Position numbers and translations under genes: made by a program. A DNA stretch of 47,806 bases from Paramoeba atlantica (lineage: Eukaryota; Protista; Discosea), in the NCBI GenBank assembly GCA_977017575.1, contig CDRNVI010000186.1, forward strand, positions 1-47,806, given 5' to 3'. Below are positions 34,601 through 47,691 of this stretch, piece after piece. Position 1 is the first letter of the stretch; each line of letters begins with the position of its first letter. The notes under the pieces were generated by a model. The model had not been told where the DNA came from, ran no database searches, and was given only the letters and a program-made list of their open reading frames with translations.

Positions 34601-37600
34601 CTCTGAGGTCGATACAAACTTTCTCTCATTTCTTGTATTTTTTCAGATCTTTTGATAACAATTGGTTCTTTTTTCTGAAAAAATGAAAACTTCAATAAAT
34701 AATTTGAAAAAAAAAAATTGTAAATTATAAAATTTAAAAAAAATCAGGTTTGGTGTTAACCTTTTGCGTTGAAGCACTCAAATTGATCGAAGCTCTTGAC
34801 GGATTACTTATTTTCAACAACTATTTGTTTTATTTTAGAAAAGAGAGAGGAAGAGAAAAGAAGAGAGGAGAGAGAAAAAGAAGGGAAGAGAACCGTTTTT
34901 AACAAATTAGAGCGAATATAAACCAAAATATGATTGGGAGTCAAAGTCTCTAAAACATGATAAGGATGTTCATCTGGATTAAGCGCTCTCCCTATTCAAA
35001 CAAAATTGAAAAGAAATAAAATAGAAAATAAGAACAAAAGAAAAATCAAACAATATTAAAGAAAAAAGAAATAATTCAGAATGAAGAAAAAAAAAAAAGG
35101 ACAAAAAAGCAACCCGTTGCAGAGAAAATCATAGTATCAGTCCATTTTGTTTTTTTAGCCAAACCTGTTTTGTCAACAACAAAGATACAAAACTCTTCTT
35201 TGTACACTTGTGGGGCTAACTGAAAGAAATAGATATGAAAAACTCTTTATTTCAATACAAAAAAAAAGAAAAAAAAAGAAAAACATTTATTAATTTAAAT
35301 TAAATAAATAAATAAATAAATAAATAAAAGCAAAAGAATGTAACCTCACTCCCACCCTTCTTCGCAGACTTAGTCAACTCACGAACAATAACATCAACCA
35401 ACTGATCAGTTCGGCTGGCTTTTGGAGCACCAATAGTTTTAAAAGTTGTATCAGCTGAATAGATTCTGAATACTCCATTTGATGTACTTTCTGTGTTCAG
35501 TGCCTGTTTTTTTTTTTGTTTTTTTTTGGTTATTTTTCTTCTTTGTGGGTTTGGAGAAAAGAATCAAAAAAGAAAAGAGGGGGATATTTCTCGGATCTCT
35601 TATTGTTTTCTTTCTTTTTTTGAAATGAATTTTTGATATTAAAATGAATGATTGGAAGAAAGAATTTTGAAGGTACCTGAGATGTAGCATACATCATTGA
35701 ATGCATTGATTGTTTCTTCAAATTTGTACCAAGCTGTCCTAAATCGACCAAACGAGCAATTAATTTCCTCCCTTGATCAGCTCTACCAAATTTTACCAAA
35801 AAGTTTCCATACTCCTACAAAGAGAAATGAGAAGAAGAAAAAGGAAAGAAAGAAAGGAAGGCTAGAGAGAGGAGATAAAAACGAAAATAAAGTACCCGCA
35901 GAGCAGGGCTATAATCAGGATCAAGTTCCAAACAACGAATAAAATATTCTTCAGCTCTTTCAAATCTTCCACATCTCACCAAAAAGAGCGCATATGAACA
36001 AAGAGCAAAGACATTTTCCTGGAAAACGAAGAGAGAAAAAGAGAAAGGAAGGGGAAAAAGAAGAAGATTATTTTTAGAGCAGAGATATTAAATTTCTCAT
36101 TTTCTTTTCTCATTTACTTTTTTGAATTGACGAAAAGTAATTTCTCTTTTTACCAAAAGAAAGAAAAGAAACAAAAAGAAAGAAAAGAAACAAATAAAAA
36201 AGAAAAGAAACAAATAAAAAAGAAAACCTGATCAATCATCAAAGCTCGACTAAACAACTCATCAGTCTTAACCACAAACAAATCTCTCCTCGAAAGATAA
36301 ACATCATCCATATTTGGTTCCTTATTCCCTTCTTCTTCCAATTTTGATCTCAAATCAGAGACAAGATAATGGTAATAAGTTAATGCGCAATTTAAGAGTC
36401 CTTGTACATCGTTTGGACTTGAACTTAACGCTTCTGTTTTTTGTTTTTTAAGTTGATGTTGTGAATGAAATAAAACAGTTTATGAGTTTTTTTTTAATAT
36501 AATTTGAGTAAACAAAAAATAAAATGAAAAAAATGAAAAAAAAAAAAAAAAACAACCAATAAATCAAAAACTCAAAAACTCAAAAACTCAAAAAAACCTT
36601 CAAATCGCTCAATCGCCTGAGCAAGCAGCGCAACCTTATACCCACTCTGCCGCATATGAACAGCCTGATATTGAAAAAAAAACCCCTCCGCATTCGCCAC
36701 AACATTTGTATGTTTCACTCTCTCTCCAATCTCAACAATATCCAATAATTCGACAGGGCTATCAGGATTCCATTCAGCGCTCCCCATAAATCGGCTCATA
36801 GCGTGGGGAGTGAAGCGGAGTCCCATCATTTTTGTTAGGCGATCTACAATCATTCCTCTGTTTTTTGTTGGGGAGAGAGAGAGAAGAAAGAGATAAGAGA
36901 GAGGGAGAGAGAAGAGAGGGGAGAAAAAGGGAGAATAAAAGAATAAAAGAGAAAGAGAGAGAAAACCTCCAACTAATAGAAGACTCAGAGTGGACACGTG
37001 ACATTTCTAATACTTCTGATGCGGAAAATGGACTTGTTGGGTATTTCGAAAATGAAAGTTCCGTGAAATTGAAGAAGAGAGATAATTTTTCTGAATGTTT
37101 TGATCAGGAAATTTTGTGTAGACAAAAGAAAAGAAAGAAAGAAAGAAGAAAAAAAACCATTAAATTTTGACCAATATTCTTTTGATTTTGGACCATTTCC
37201 AAAACAAACATTAAAATAATCAACAACAACACTTCGATATGGCACTTCAAGTGGGACCTAATAATTTAAAAAAGATGAATGAGATTATTAACTTTAAAAA
37301 AAATAATTGAAAAATAAATACAAAATAACAAAAACAAAAAAAAAACAAAAAAAAAACAAAAAAAAAGAAAAAGAAAAAACCTTCAACTCTTTCATCTTCT
37401 CTCTCAAAAGCTGCCTCAACTCCTTCTTCATCACCCTCGCCACAGCCTCCATCAACAAAAACTGAACAACAATAAAATATTTTGGATCTTTTTCAACAAA
37501 TTCGATAACTTTTCCCAAATATCTCATATTAACACTTTCTTTATGCATTAGTTCTGTCAATTGAAGATTTTGCAATTTTGCCTTTTGGAAGAGAGAAAGA

Positions 37601-39683
37601 GAAGAGAAAAAATGTGAGAATTTTTTGTTTGGTGTTAATTTGTTGAATTTGATTTGTTGAATTAAATTCTCTTTCAAATTGCCCCAATTTTCGTCACAAA
37701 ATAGACAAAAAAAACCTGTCCTTGAGCTTCCAATGTACTCTCTCCAATTCTCCGAGCAGCTTTTTTAATAACAACAGTTTCCAAATAATCTGTTGCTTCT
37801 CGAATATCTCGATTGTGTTCAGAATAAAATAAATCATGAATAATAAATCCTGTTGAAGAGATTATTTTTTGTTTGTTGAATAAAAAAGAAACAATTACAA
37901 ATTTTGGTTCAAAAAGGAATCATTTTTTTAAACCAATTGTTTTTAAATTAATTATTTGATAAAAGAGAAATGAATTAATCAAAAAAAAAAAAAGAACCAG
38001 AATAAGAATCACTACAAAGCGGAATTTTATATTGCTCCACAAATTCTTTTCGAAACATTCGATACAAATGACCATTATAATGTAATTTGTTGGGCTGTTT
38101 GCAAAAGAAAGAAAGAGAAAGAAGAGAAAGAAAAAAGAAAAAAAGAAAAGTAAAAAAAATGAGTTGAAAAATAGAAAAGAAAGAGAAAAAGAAAAAGGGA
38201 AAGAAAAACAAAACCTGAACAGGGGGTAAAGTTCGACTAAAATCCAATAAATAGAATTTATCATCCAATCCAAGATGTCCTTCTACATCACAAGCCGCCC
38301 ATAATGTCTGTTTATTATTATTATTTTTTGATTTAGAAGAGGTGATAAAATGAGAGGGAGAGAAGAGAGAAAGAAGAGAGAAGGGAGAGAAAAAGAAAGG
38401 GAGAGAGAAAAGAGAAAAGAGAGAAAAGAAAGAGAGAGACAAAAGAAAGAGAGAGAGACAAAAGAAAAAGAGACAAAAGAAAGAGAGAGAGACAAAAGAA
38501 AGAGAGAAAGAGAGAAAGAGAGAAAAAGAATAAAAACCTTCGTTTTATTTCTTCGAACACCACAGCGATGAGGTTTAAGATTTAATGTTTTTCCAGCAAT
38601 TTTCATTAAACGATTAAATTCTCTATTACTCTTTTTCACTGTGATTCCCGCATCTTTACTTCCGTACACCTTTTTTGAAGTATGTTATTTTATTGTTATT
38701 TCTTTTTTGTTGTTGTTGTTTGAGATTTAATTAAATTGATTCGGATTTAATTTTAAAAAGAAAAAAGACAAACACAGCATCAACCACAAAAAAATCCAAT
38801 CAAACAATTTAACAACAACAAAAAAATTAAAAAAAAAAAAAAACAAACCAAACTCTTTCCACTTACAGGAAGAACAGAAATGGCAATCAAACGAAACCCA
38901 CGATAATCAACCAAAGCCATAATCGGAACTCGAAGTTCCGTCATTTCTAAAAGAATAAAAAAATAATATATTAATATTAATATATTTAATAAGAGAATAA
39001 AGAATGAAATAAATAAGAAATAATAATGGATGAATTTGGTATTTTTGTCCCAAAAAAGAAATAAAAAAATAATAAATCTTTTTTGTTTTTCTTCTTTCCT
39101 CTCTCTCTCTCTCTTTCCTCTTTCTCTCTTCTCCCAAACCTAAAGAAAAATAAGCTTTCAGCCCCTTAAGCTCATGTCCAGCAACTTTAGAAGCAGCATA
39201 ATCACTCCCATGAAATAAACCATGTGAATCTACTGCAAATTTGAAAAGAATATTGTTTGCAATGTATTTATCTCCACCTGAGAGAAAGAGAGAGAGAGAG
39301 AAGAGGGGGGAGTTTGGAAAAAGAGAGAAGAGAAAGAGAAAGAAGAAAAAAGGGAATAAATTAGATAAATAAACAAATATCATTTTTAAAAAGAAAGAAA
39401 GAAAAGAATGAAAGAAAAGAAAGAAAGAAAAAAAAAAGAAAAGAAAAACAAACCAGCTTGTCCACCAAGACAAATAGGTTTCACAGTCTTTTTCGAAGCT
39501 TTCAAATAAACTTCAGAAATAATAATTTTTCCGTACGTTTTTGCACAATAAATAAAATCTTGAGACAAATGAAGAAGTTCCAAATTTGCATTCATTAAAG
39601 TTTCAAGAGGGACAGAGCTATTTGAAAAAAAAAGAATTAAAAAAGAAAGAAAACAACAAACCATTCAATAATAAGAATAAATA

Positions 39684-39716
<33 letters not shown>

Positions 39717-41499
39717 AAATAAATAAATAAATAATAATAAAAGTTAAAAAAAAAAAATAAAAAACCGATCTCCCGAAGCAGAATTCAATTTCTCAATCGA
39801 ATCCTGAAAACGAGTATTCCAATCTTCATCAACTTCATCTTCAATTAAATCATCTTCTTTTTCTTCTCCTTGTTCTGGCCGAGTACTAATTCTTGGAGAA
39901 GTAGCGGGAGGGAGAGAAAGAGGAGAGGGAGAAAGAGAAGAGGAGGTTTGTGAAGGAGATATCATTGGAGAGTAGGAAGTATAAGAAGGAGAAAGAGAAG
40001 GAACAGAAAGAGGAGAAGAAGAAGAAGAAGAAAGAGAATCCAATTCATTCTCATCATCATACAAAAGACCATAAGCTTCAACAACAGGTCTCTTTTTCGC
40101 CATTTTTGGAGGAGAAAAAGACCCAAAAAGTTCCTCTTCCTCTTCCTCCTTCTGGACCATCTCTTTCTCTCTTCTTCCTCCCCCTCCTCCTCCCCCTCCT
40201 TCCTCTTCTTTCCCAAACAAAGAAACATTATATCCAGGAGGAGGCAATTTGACATCACGAGTCTCTCCCCCTCTGTTCATAGTCAAAAATCGGGATTGCT
40301 GTGGCGAATTGTCACGTGGATTTTTCGGTGGAGACCAAGTAGGAGAGGGAGAAAGAGATCGATTACACCCAATTCTTGAACCACCTGTTTTTCTTGTTCG
40401 AGGAGATCGACCTGAAAATCGACTTGCTTTACCCTCTTCGAATTTGTGTTCTTCTTCTTCTTCTTCTTCTTCACTGTCTCCTCCAAAGATATTTCCATAT
40501 GCCTCTGTTGCTCCTCGAGAAGGGAGAGAACTTAAGTCAAGTTCACTGAATTTAGAACTGGGTGAATCTCCCGATTCCTGAAAAAGAAAAGAAAATTGAA
40601 GATTAACCTTCAAGAAAACCAACAACAAAACAAAACAACAAAACAAAACAACAAAACAAAACAACAAAGTGAACACGAGAGAACAAAAACAAAAAAACAC
40701 ACAAAACCTCATCATCATCACTCTCCTCCTCATCTTCTTCCTCCTCTTCCTCTTCCTCATCATCCTCATCCGAATCATCATCATCGTCATCATCGTCATC
40801 ATCATCATCTTCTTCTTCTTCTCCATCAGTCAAAACAGTCTTTCTTCTTAATCTCAATCTTCCAATGTCATGTAATTCTGGTTGTTCTCGAAATCGTGAA
40901 ACAATTGCCTCAATCCTCGGATTGTAGTGTTCGGCAAGTGCAGGAGTGATTGTGTAAGTCATTTTTTCTGGGACTTTGTTTCTTGGAGAAATAGAACTGG
41001 AACTCCTGTTTTTGGTTTTTTTTTTTGAGAAGAATAATACTTTCAGAAAAGAGAAAAAGGAAAAAAGAAAAAAGAAAAAAAGAAAAAAGAAAAAAGAAAA
41101 GAAAAACAAAACTCATCAAGGTTTGTTTCCTCGATCTTCTTCAATCTCTTAATCTCTTTTGATCTTTGAATCTTCGATTGAAAAGTGGTGCTCTTTTTGT
41201 TCAAAGATTCCAAATTGTCATGTAACTTTCGAATATTTTTGAGTTTGCCATAGTTTGATGTGATTTCTGCTTCGATTTGGTTTGCTCTTTGTAATACATT
41301 TTGTAATTCTGCCAGCTGTTTTTTTTGTTTTATTATTATTATTATTCTTATTTTTGATTTTTATACCCTTTTCCAAAAGAAAGAAAGAAAGAAAGACCTT
41401 CAGATTCAACTGTTCATTTAATTGCTCATCCAATTCGACATATTCTTTCGCTTTGGAGAGCTGGCGAGCGGACATTGCGAATCTCTTTGTATGATCCAT
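28679..41499 (-). CDS. Very large multidomain protein (~43 exons, roughly 2,600 aa): coiled coil - acidic - CLU - TPR - RA-like - MOB - ankyrin repeats - Ser/Gly-rich - PH - PH
   Basis: CLU motifs GGQAGGDKYI, ILFKFAVD, KVAGHELKGL, DVEGHLGLDDKFYLLDFSRTLPP; TPR (ALFLVRCGRFERAEEYFIRCLELDP); MOB (CHCPAMD...WVQE...IFKRLLRVIGHLHFRH); ANK (WTPLLFAC, GETALHFA, NTPLHYC); PH (KKGENRRNWQKRWFVL). Frame stayed open at the GT-AG junctions checked by hand (most of them, including all from the CLU-central region to the stop). The start codon may lie further upstream. Confidence 0.8.
29166..29172 (-). terminator. RNA polymerase III oligo-T terminator of tRNA-Pro
   Basis: T7 run one base after the discriminator on the minus strand. 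Confidence 0.7.
29174..29244 (-). tRNA. trnP: tRNA-Pro (AGG), located inside an intron
   Basis: GGCGAAA/TTTCGCC acceptor stem; anticodon arm CTCGC-TTAGGGT-GCGAG; T-arm CCGGG-TTCGATT-CCCGG; A box TAGTTAAGTGG; B box GGTTCGATTCC. Confidence 0.96.
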
Positions 41500-42166
41500 C
41501 TTGTTCTGTATTTGTAAAAAGAGAACTCTTCCCTCAAACAAAAAAAAATATCTTTCTTTTCTCTCTCTTCCTTTCTTCTTCGCGGACTAAACTCCCACCC
41601 AAAAAAAAGGTGCCAAATTATTTCTCTCCTTTCCTCTCCTCTTTCCCCCCTTTTCTCCTTTCTTTCTCAACTCTCCCTTTCTCTCTTTTCCTTACTCTCT
41701 CTCCCTTCTCTCTCTCTCTCTCTCCTTTCTCTTTCAAAAAACTTGAAAAAGAAAAAGAGAAAAGAAGAAGAAGAGGGTCGTTCAGGTGTGTGTGTGGAAA
41801 AACAAAACACAAAAAACAAAAAAGTCTTGATTTTCAACAATGATAAAAATCGATTTTTGTATTAAAGAACATCCAAAAAACATCATCAAAAGAGCGTGTT
41901 TTTCCTTCTTTTTCAACTTTTTTTTTTTCAATTTTCGATTCTTGCCCAAAAGAAAGGTGGCGTTGATTGCATCCACCTAGTCAGCCCTCTGAACTTTCTT
42001 TTAATTTTCTTCTACTTTTTGTGTGCGCGATCTTCGAAAATCTTTCGTTTTCTTTCGCTTTTGTTTCACCCGATTTTCCAAAACCGCTCTATTTTGAGTT
42101 TTGAGGAAATCAATTACACATTAGAATCCTGTGAAAAACGACAACAGTCCTCTTCAAGATCTCATC

Positions 42167-44710
42167 ATGGTGCGATTCACGCTCGAACAAGTCAAAGGAA
42201 AGATGGAAGAGAGGGAGAATATCCGAAACATCAGTGTTATTGCCCATGTTGATCATGGGAAATCAACTCTGACTGATACTCTGATTTCAAAAGCTGGGAT
42301 GATTGCTGAGGACAAATCGGGGAAGTGTTTTACTGATTTTGACAAGGAAGAACAAGCTCGAGGAATTACAATCAAGTCTACGGGTGTTTCCTTGTATTAT
42401 GAACTCCCACCAATCGATCCTGGCCCGGCTGCTGCTGCGGCTGTTGATCCGTTTGCTGGACAAGGTTATTTGGTGAACTTGATTGATTCTCCTGGCCATG
42501 TTGATTTCGCTTCAGAAGTCACCGCTGCTCTCCGTGTGACTGATGGTGCCCTTGTCGTGGTTGATTGTGTAGAGGGTGTTCGTGTCCAAACGGAAGCTGT
42601 GTTGCGTCAAGCTCTTGCTGAGCGAGTCAAACCCGTCTTGATGGTGAATAAGATGGATCGGATCTTTCTTGAATTGCACTCTGATCCCGAAGATTGTTAC
42701 CAAAAGTTCAACAGGGTGATCGAAAGTGTAAATGTAATTATCGCAACTTACTGTGATGAGAAGCTTGGTGATGTGAGGGTTGATCCATCGAAGGGAACCA
42801 TTGCTTTTGGTTCTGGTCTCCATGGTTGGGGGTTTACCCTGACCAAGTTTGCTTCCTTGTATGGCAAGAAATTTGGTGTGAAAAAGAAACTTTTGATGAA
42901 AACACTTTGGGGGGAAAATTATTTTGACCCAGAAGCCAAGAAGTGGGTAACTGATCCAATCAGTCAAAAGAGCGGAAAGAAGCTCAATCGCGCTTGGTGC
43001 CAGTATGTTTTTAAACCGCTCCGCCAACTCATCTCTTTCATTATGGCTGATAAAGTACCCAAATATCAAAAAATGATTGCCGAACTCAACATCAAGCTCA
43101 CCAAAGAAGAACAATTGCTTGTTCGGAAGGATCTGGTGAAAATTGTGATGAGGAAGTTCCTTCCTGCTGGTGATGCTCTTCTTGAGATGATCGTCTATCA
43201 CCTTCCTTCTCCTGTCACTGCTCAAAAATACCGTGTAGAGAACCTTTATACTGGCGATCTAGATGATGAAGCAGCTAAAGCGATCCGTGATTGTGATCCA
43301 AATGGGCCTTTGATGATGTATATCTCAAAGATGGTACCGACTGCTGACTTTAGCCGTTTCTATGCTTTTGGTCGTGTCTTTTCTGGGCGAATTAAAACAG
43401 GTCAAAAAGTTCGAATTATGGGTCCCAACTACGAAAAGGGAAGTAAGACAGACCTTTATGTCCAGCAGCCTGTTCAACAAGTTGTTTTGATGATGGGGCG
43501 CTCTGTTGAGACTATTTCTGACTGTCCTTGTGGGAATACAGTTGCGCTTGTAGGTGTCGACCAATGTCTTTTAAAAGGAGGAACGATTACAACAGACGAC
43601 AGCGCTTCTGTAATTCGGATCATGAAATTCTCTGTTTCTCCAGTTGTGAGAGTTGCTGTTGAGCCAAAAAAGCCTGGTGATTTGCCTGCTCTCGTTGAAG
43701 GTTTGAAACGTCTTACCAAATATGATCCTTGTCTTCAGTGTTATGTGTCCTCCTCTGGTGAACATATTATTGCTGGAGCTGGTGAGCTGCACTTGGAGAT
43801 TTGCTTGAAGGATTTGAAGGATAAGTTTGCCAAAGTTGAATTCCGGAAGAGCGATCCTGTCGTCTCTTACTGTGAGACTGTCTCGCAGCAGTCTAGGACT
43901 TGTCTGGCAAAATCAACCAATAAGCTCAACCGAGTTTTCTTCTCTGCTGAACCTCTTGGTGACGAACTAACCGCTGATATTGAAATTGGGAAAGTGTCTG
44001 ATGTTACTGACTCCAAAGAGAGAGCCCGTTATTTAGTTGATACCTACCAGTGGAATGTCCATGATTCGCGAAAGGTGTGGTGTTTTGGTCCTGTTTCCAA
44101 TGAACCAAGCAATGTTTTGGTTGATTGTACCAGAGCTGTCCAGTATTTGAATGAAGTAAAATCCTCTATCGTTGCTGGTTTTCATTGGGTCACTCGGGAG
44201 GGTGTTCTTTGTGAAGAAACCATGCGAGGAGTTCGTTTCAATGTGATGGATGCTCTCATTCACTCTGATTCGGCTCATCGAGGTGGCGGTCAAATTTCCC
44301 CTGCTGTTCGTCGCGCACTTTTTGCTTCTACTCTAACTGCACAACCTCGTCTTCAAGAACCTGTCTATCTTGTTGAGATTCAGTGCCCAACAGAAGCTCG
44401 TGGAGCGATCCACAGTGTTTTAAATCGGCGTCGTGGTCATGTCATTGCAGAAGATCCTAGGATAGGGACCCCACTGTACTCAGTCAAGGCATTCTTGCCT
44501 GTGAAGGAGTCCTTTGGTTTTGCTGCTGATCTACTTTCTCATACTTCAGGGAAAGCAATTCCTCAGTGTACTTTTGATCATTGGCAAGAGATGGGTGGTG
44601 ATCCTTTAGACTCGATGTCTTTCGCGGGTTCTGTTCTTAAATCTGTTCGAAAGAGGAAAGGACTTCCTCTTGCTGTTTCTCCTCTTGAAACTTATTTAGA
44701 CAAGTTGTAA
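42167..44710 (+). CDS. eEF2: Translation elongation factor 2, divergent and intronless; 847 aa
   Basis: [90 protein letters not shown]; continuous ORF from ATG 42167. Confidence 0.97.
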   Translation: MVRFTLEQVKGKMEERENIRNISVIAHVDHGKSTLTDTLISKAGMIAEDKSGKCFTDFDKEEQARGITIKSTGVSLYYELPPIDPGPAAAAAVDPFAGQGYLVNLIDSPGHVDFASEVTAALRVTDGALVVVDCVEGVRVQTEAVLRQALAERVKPVLMVNKMDRIFLELHSDPEDCYQKFNRVIESVNVIIATYCDEKLGDVRVDPSKGTIAFGSGLHGWGFTLTKFASLYGKKFGVKKKLLMKTLWGENYFDPEAKKWVTDPISQKSGKKLNRAWCQYVFKPLRQLISFIMADKVPKYQKMIAELNIKLTKEEQLLVRKDLVKIVMRKFLPAGDALLEMIVYHLPSPVTAQKYRVENLYTGDLDDEAAKAIRDCDPNGPLMMYISKMVPTADFSRFYAFGRVFSGRIKTGQKVRIMGPNYEKGSKTDLYVQQPVQQVVLMMGRSVETISDCPCGNTVALVGVDQCLLKGGTITTDDSASVIRIMKFSVSPVVRVAVEPKKPGDLPALVEGLKRLTKYDPCLQCYVSSSGEHIIAGAGELHLEICLKDLKDKFAKVEFRKSDPVVSYCETVSQQSRTCLAKSTNKLNRVFFSAEPLGDELTADIEIGKVSDVTDSKERARYLVDTYQWNVHDSRKVWCFGPVSNEPSNVLVDCTRAVQYLNEVKSSIVAGFHWVTREGVLCEETMRGVRFNVMDALIHSDSAHRGGGQISPAVRRALFASTLTAQPRLQEPVYLVEIQCPTEARGAIHSVLNRRRGHVIAEDPRIGTPLYSVKAFLPVKESFGFAADLLSHTSGKAIPQCTFDHWQEMGGDPLDSMSFAGSVLKSVRKRKGLPLAVSPLETYLDKL

Positions 44711-45038
44711 TCTTTGAAGATTCTTGATTTTTAACCCAAAAAAAGAGATTGATACAATTACTCTAGAATGTTTTTGTGATAAAATTTGTAGTTTCAAAAA
44801 TTCAGACAGGTGAAAGTCACAAACAAATTTCTCAATCAATCTCAAAGTGAATTTCAATTTTAACATTTCTCAATCTCAACCCAATACAAACATTTCTCGA
44901 TTTCCCAATAATTCAATGGTGTCCCCAAAAAATGGACACTTTCTTTTTTTTCTGTTTGTTTTTTGGGAGTTTGGTTTTGAAAAAATTGTTGTTGTTGTGT
45001 TGTTCTTGCTCTTTTTTTGTGTTGTGATTCTTTTTTGG

Positions 45039-45147
45039 ATGGCTGAAGAAGAAAAACCTTTGGATTGGGCCAAAAAGATTGTCAGATCTCATTATGATCA
45101 TTCTCTTCCAGTTGATTCTTTTTCCCCTGAAGAATGGGCAGGTTTTC

Positions 45148-45178
<31 letters not shown>

Positions 45179-47656
45179 TTTTGTTCATCTATTGTTTTTT
45201 TTTTGTTCTGTGTTGGTGAACCTTTCTCCAAGAGATTCTTTCTTTCTTTCTTTCTTTCTTTCTCTAGAGAGAATGGATTCACAAGAAAGGTTCTTTCCTT
45301 TTAAAAGTAGACATCAAGACTTTCACACAATCCAACAATTCCAAAAAGAACAAAAAGAGTTTTCGTTGTTGGGAAAAGAATCAATTTATTTTTGTTAAAA
45401 AAATGATTTTGTTTTTGTTGGTAAAAGAATGAATTTGTTTTATTGATAAAAGAATCAATTTGTTTTTGTTGGGAAAAAAATGATTTTGCTTTTTGTTGGT
45501 AAAAGAATGAATTTGTTTTTCATTTTAACAATTGCTTGGTAAAGAAAGACTTTGTCGATTTGGTTTTGAAAAAATGAAGTTGAATAATTTGATTTAATTA
45601 TTTTTTGTTTTAATTTTTTCCTTTTTTCTTTGAATATTCAATTCGCTTGTTTGCTCCTTTTTTGTCTCAACTCATCTCTCTCTTTCTCTCTCTCTCTTCT
45701 TCTCTCTCTTCTCTCTCTTCTCTCTTCTTCCCTTTCCAAAATAGATGGGATGATTTTAATGTACCTCGTCCATTCAGTACACCCAAACGCACACTCTCTC
45801 TCTCTTCCCTCTCTCTCTATAAAATCGTCTTTAGATCGTTTGAAAATTGTGTTTGATGAAATCGAAAATGTCCTCCAAATTGAGACTCCTTTGTCTTCTT
45901 CTTCTTTTTCTTCTCAGTCGATTGATGGTTTTTTTTATTTCTTTTTTTTTTTCTTTTTTCTTTTTATTTTTTTTTGTATTTTTTTTTTGTATTTTTTTTC
46001 TTTTCTTTTTTATTCTTTTCTTTTTTATTCTTTTCAAATTTTTCTTCTCAAATACCTCAAGTGTTGACCTTTCTCCTTTCTCTCTTTCTTTCTCTCTCTT
46101 TCTTTTCTAAAAAAAAACCAGATTCAAAAAAGCAACAAATGATTGGACAACTTGTTTGTGATCTTCAAGACCAATCTCTCCAAACAATTGGATCTCCCAG
46201 GGCAGATTTTTCAGAACAAGTTTCTTTTTTTTTTCTCTTTTTTCTCTCTTTTCTTTCTCTCTCTTTTTTCTCTTTTCTTTTCTCTTTTTCGCTCTTTTTT
46301 CTCTTTTTCTCTCTTTTCTTTCTCTCTCTTTTTTCTCTTTTCTTTTCTCTTTTTCGCTCTTTTTTCTCTCTTTTCTTTCTTTTTCTCTTTTCTCTTTTCT
46401 CTTTTCTCTTTTTTAACAGAATTCCCTCTTTTTCTTAAGGAATTGAGAGAACAACTTGAACATGAATACCAACAAAAAATCCAACGTTTGGAATTTGAAC
46501 GAACTTATGCGTATGGTTTGTCAAACAAAAAGAAAAGAGAAAGAGAAAGAAAAGGGAAGAGAAAAGAAAAAGAAAAAGAAAAAAAACAGATCATTAGGTC
46601 AATCTTCTTACTTTTCTCCTTTCTCTCTCTCTTTCTCTCCTCCCTTTCTCCTCTCTCCTCTCTCTCCTTTCTCTCTCTCTTCTCTCATTCCCTCTCTTTC
46701 TTCCTCGATCCCCTCTTCTCTCCCTCTCTCCCTTCCCCCTCTCTCCCCCTCTCTCTCCTCTCTCCCTCTCTCCTCTCTCCCTCTCTCCCTCCCCTCTCTC
46801 TCTCTCCCCTCTCTCTCCTCCTCTCTCTCTCCCCTCTCTCTCTCCCCTCTCTCTCCTCCCCTCTTCTCTCTCCTCCTCTCTCTCTCTCCCCCCCCTCTCT
46901 CTCTTTTACAGAAAGCCTAGAATCAGTACAAGAAGATCTAAACGAAGCAGAAAAGACACTAAGAATCGAAAGAAGTGTTCGAAGAGATATCGAACATGTT
47001 TGTCATCAACACGGTATCCCCACTCCTAATTCTTCTGATCTTCTTCTTCTCTCTTCTTCTTCTTCTTCTTCTTCTTCTTCTTCTTCTTCTTCTTCTTCTT
47101 CTGGGAGGGGGAAGGGGTTGTTGGATGGCGATGTTTTGGTTATTTTTTTTCTTTTTCTTTTTTTTTCTTTTTCTTTTTTTTTTCTTTTCTTTTTCTTTTT
47201 AATATTTATGTAAATGTAATTTTTTATTTGCGAAAAAAAGATCCCCAAAAAAATCCAAAAAAATCATCAAAAAATCGAATCTTATTTCTCTCTCTCTCCT
47301 TTCTCTCTCCTCTCTCTCTCTCCTCTCTCTCTCCTCTCTCTCCTTCTCTTCTCTCTTTTATAGAACGAGGCAGAGACTCGAAAATTACGACAATATGTTT
47401 TTCAAGTTCGAGATGAAAATTCACAACTTAAATTAAGAATTGCAAAAGAATATGTTCAAAATGCCTCTTTGGTTTCCAAGTTGACTGAAATGGGTTATTT
47501 TTTTTATTTTATTTTTTATTTTTATTTTATTAAAACTATTTTTATTTTATTTTTATTTCTTTCAAATATGTTTTGTTTTATTTTTTTTTGTGATTTTTGT
47601 GATTATTCTTTTATTATTTATTCTTTTATTATTCCCATCAATTATTTACTTATTTT

Positions 47657-47691
<35 letters not shown>

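Noticed and set aside
28679-41499. Splitting the minus-strand region into separate CLU, MOB and ANK-PH genes
   Set aside because: No stop codon or intergenic gap was found between these parts; the linking exons join in frame through GT-AG introns. cDNA confirmation is still needed.
42287-44293. Minus-strand ORFs inside eEF2
   Set aside because: Antisense shadows with no independent coding signal.
46610-46905. Long polypyrimidine tract as an H-DNA or regulatory element
   Set aside because: Similar CT/GA tracts occur in many introns in this window, so it looks like background composition.
4207-47416. Dozens of 60-230 aa ORFs rich in F/L/S or K/R/E in the supplied track
   Set aside because: They are translations of poly-T, poly-A and (CT)n intron or intergenic tracts, or antisense frames of real exons.
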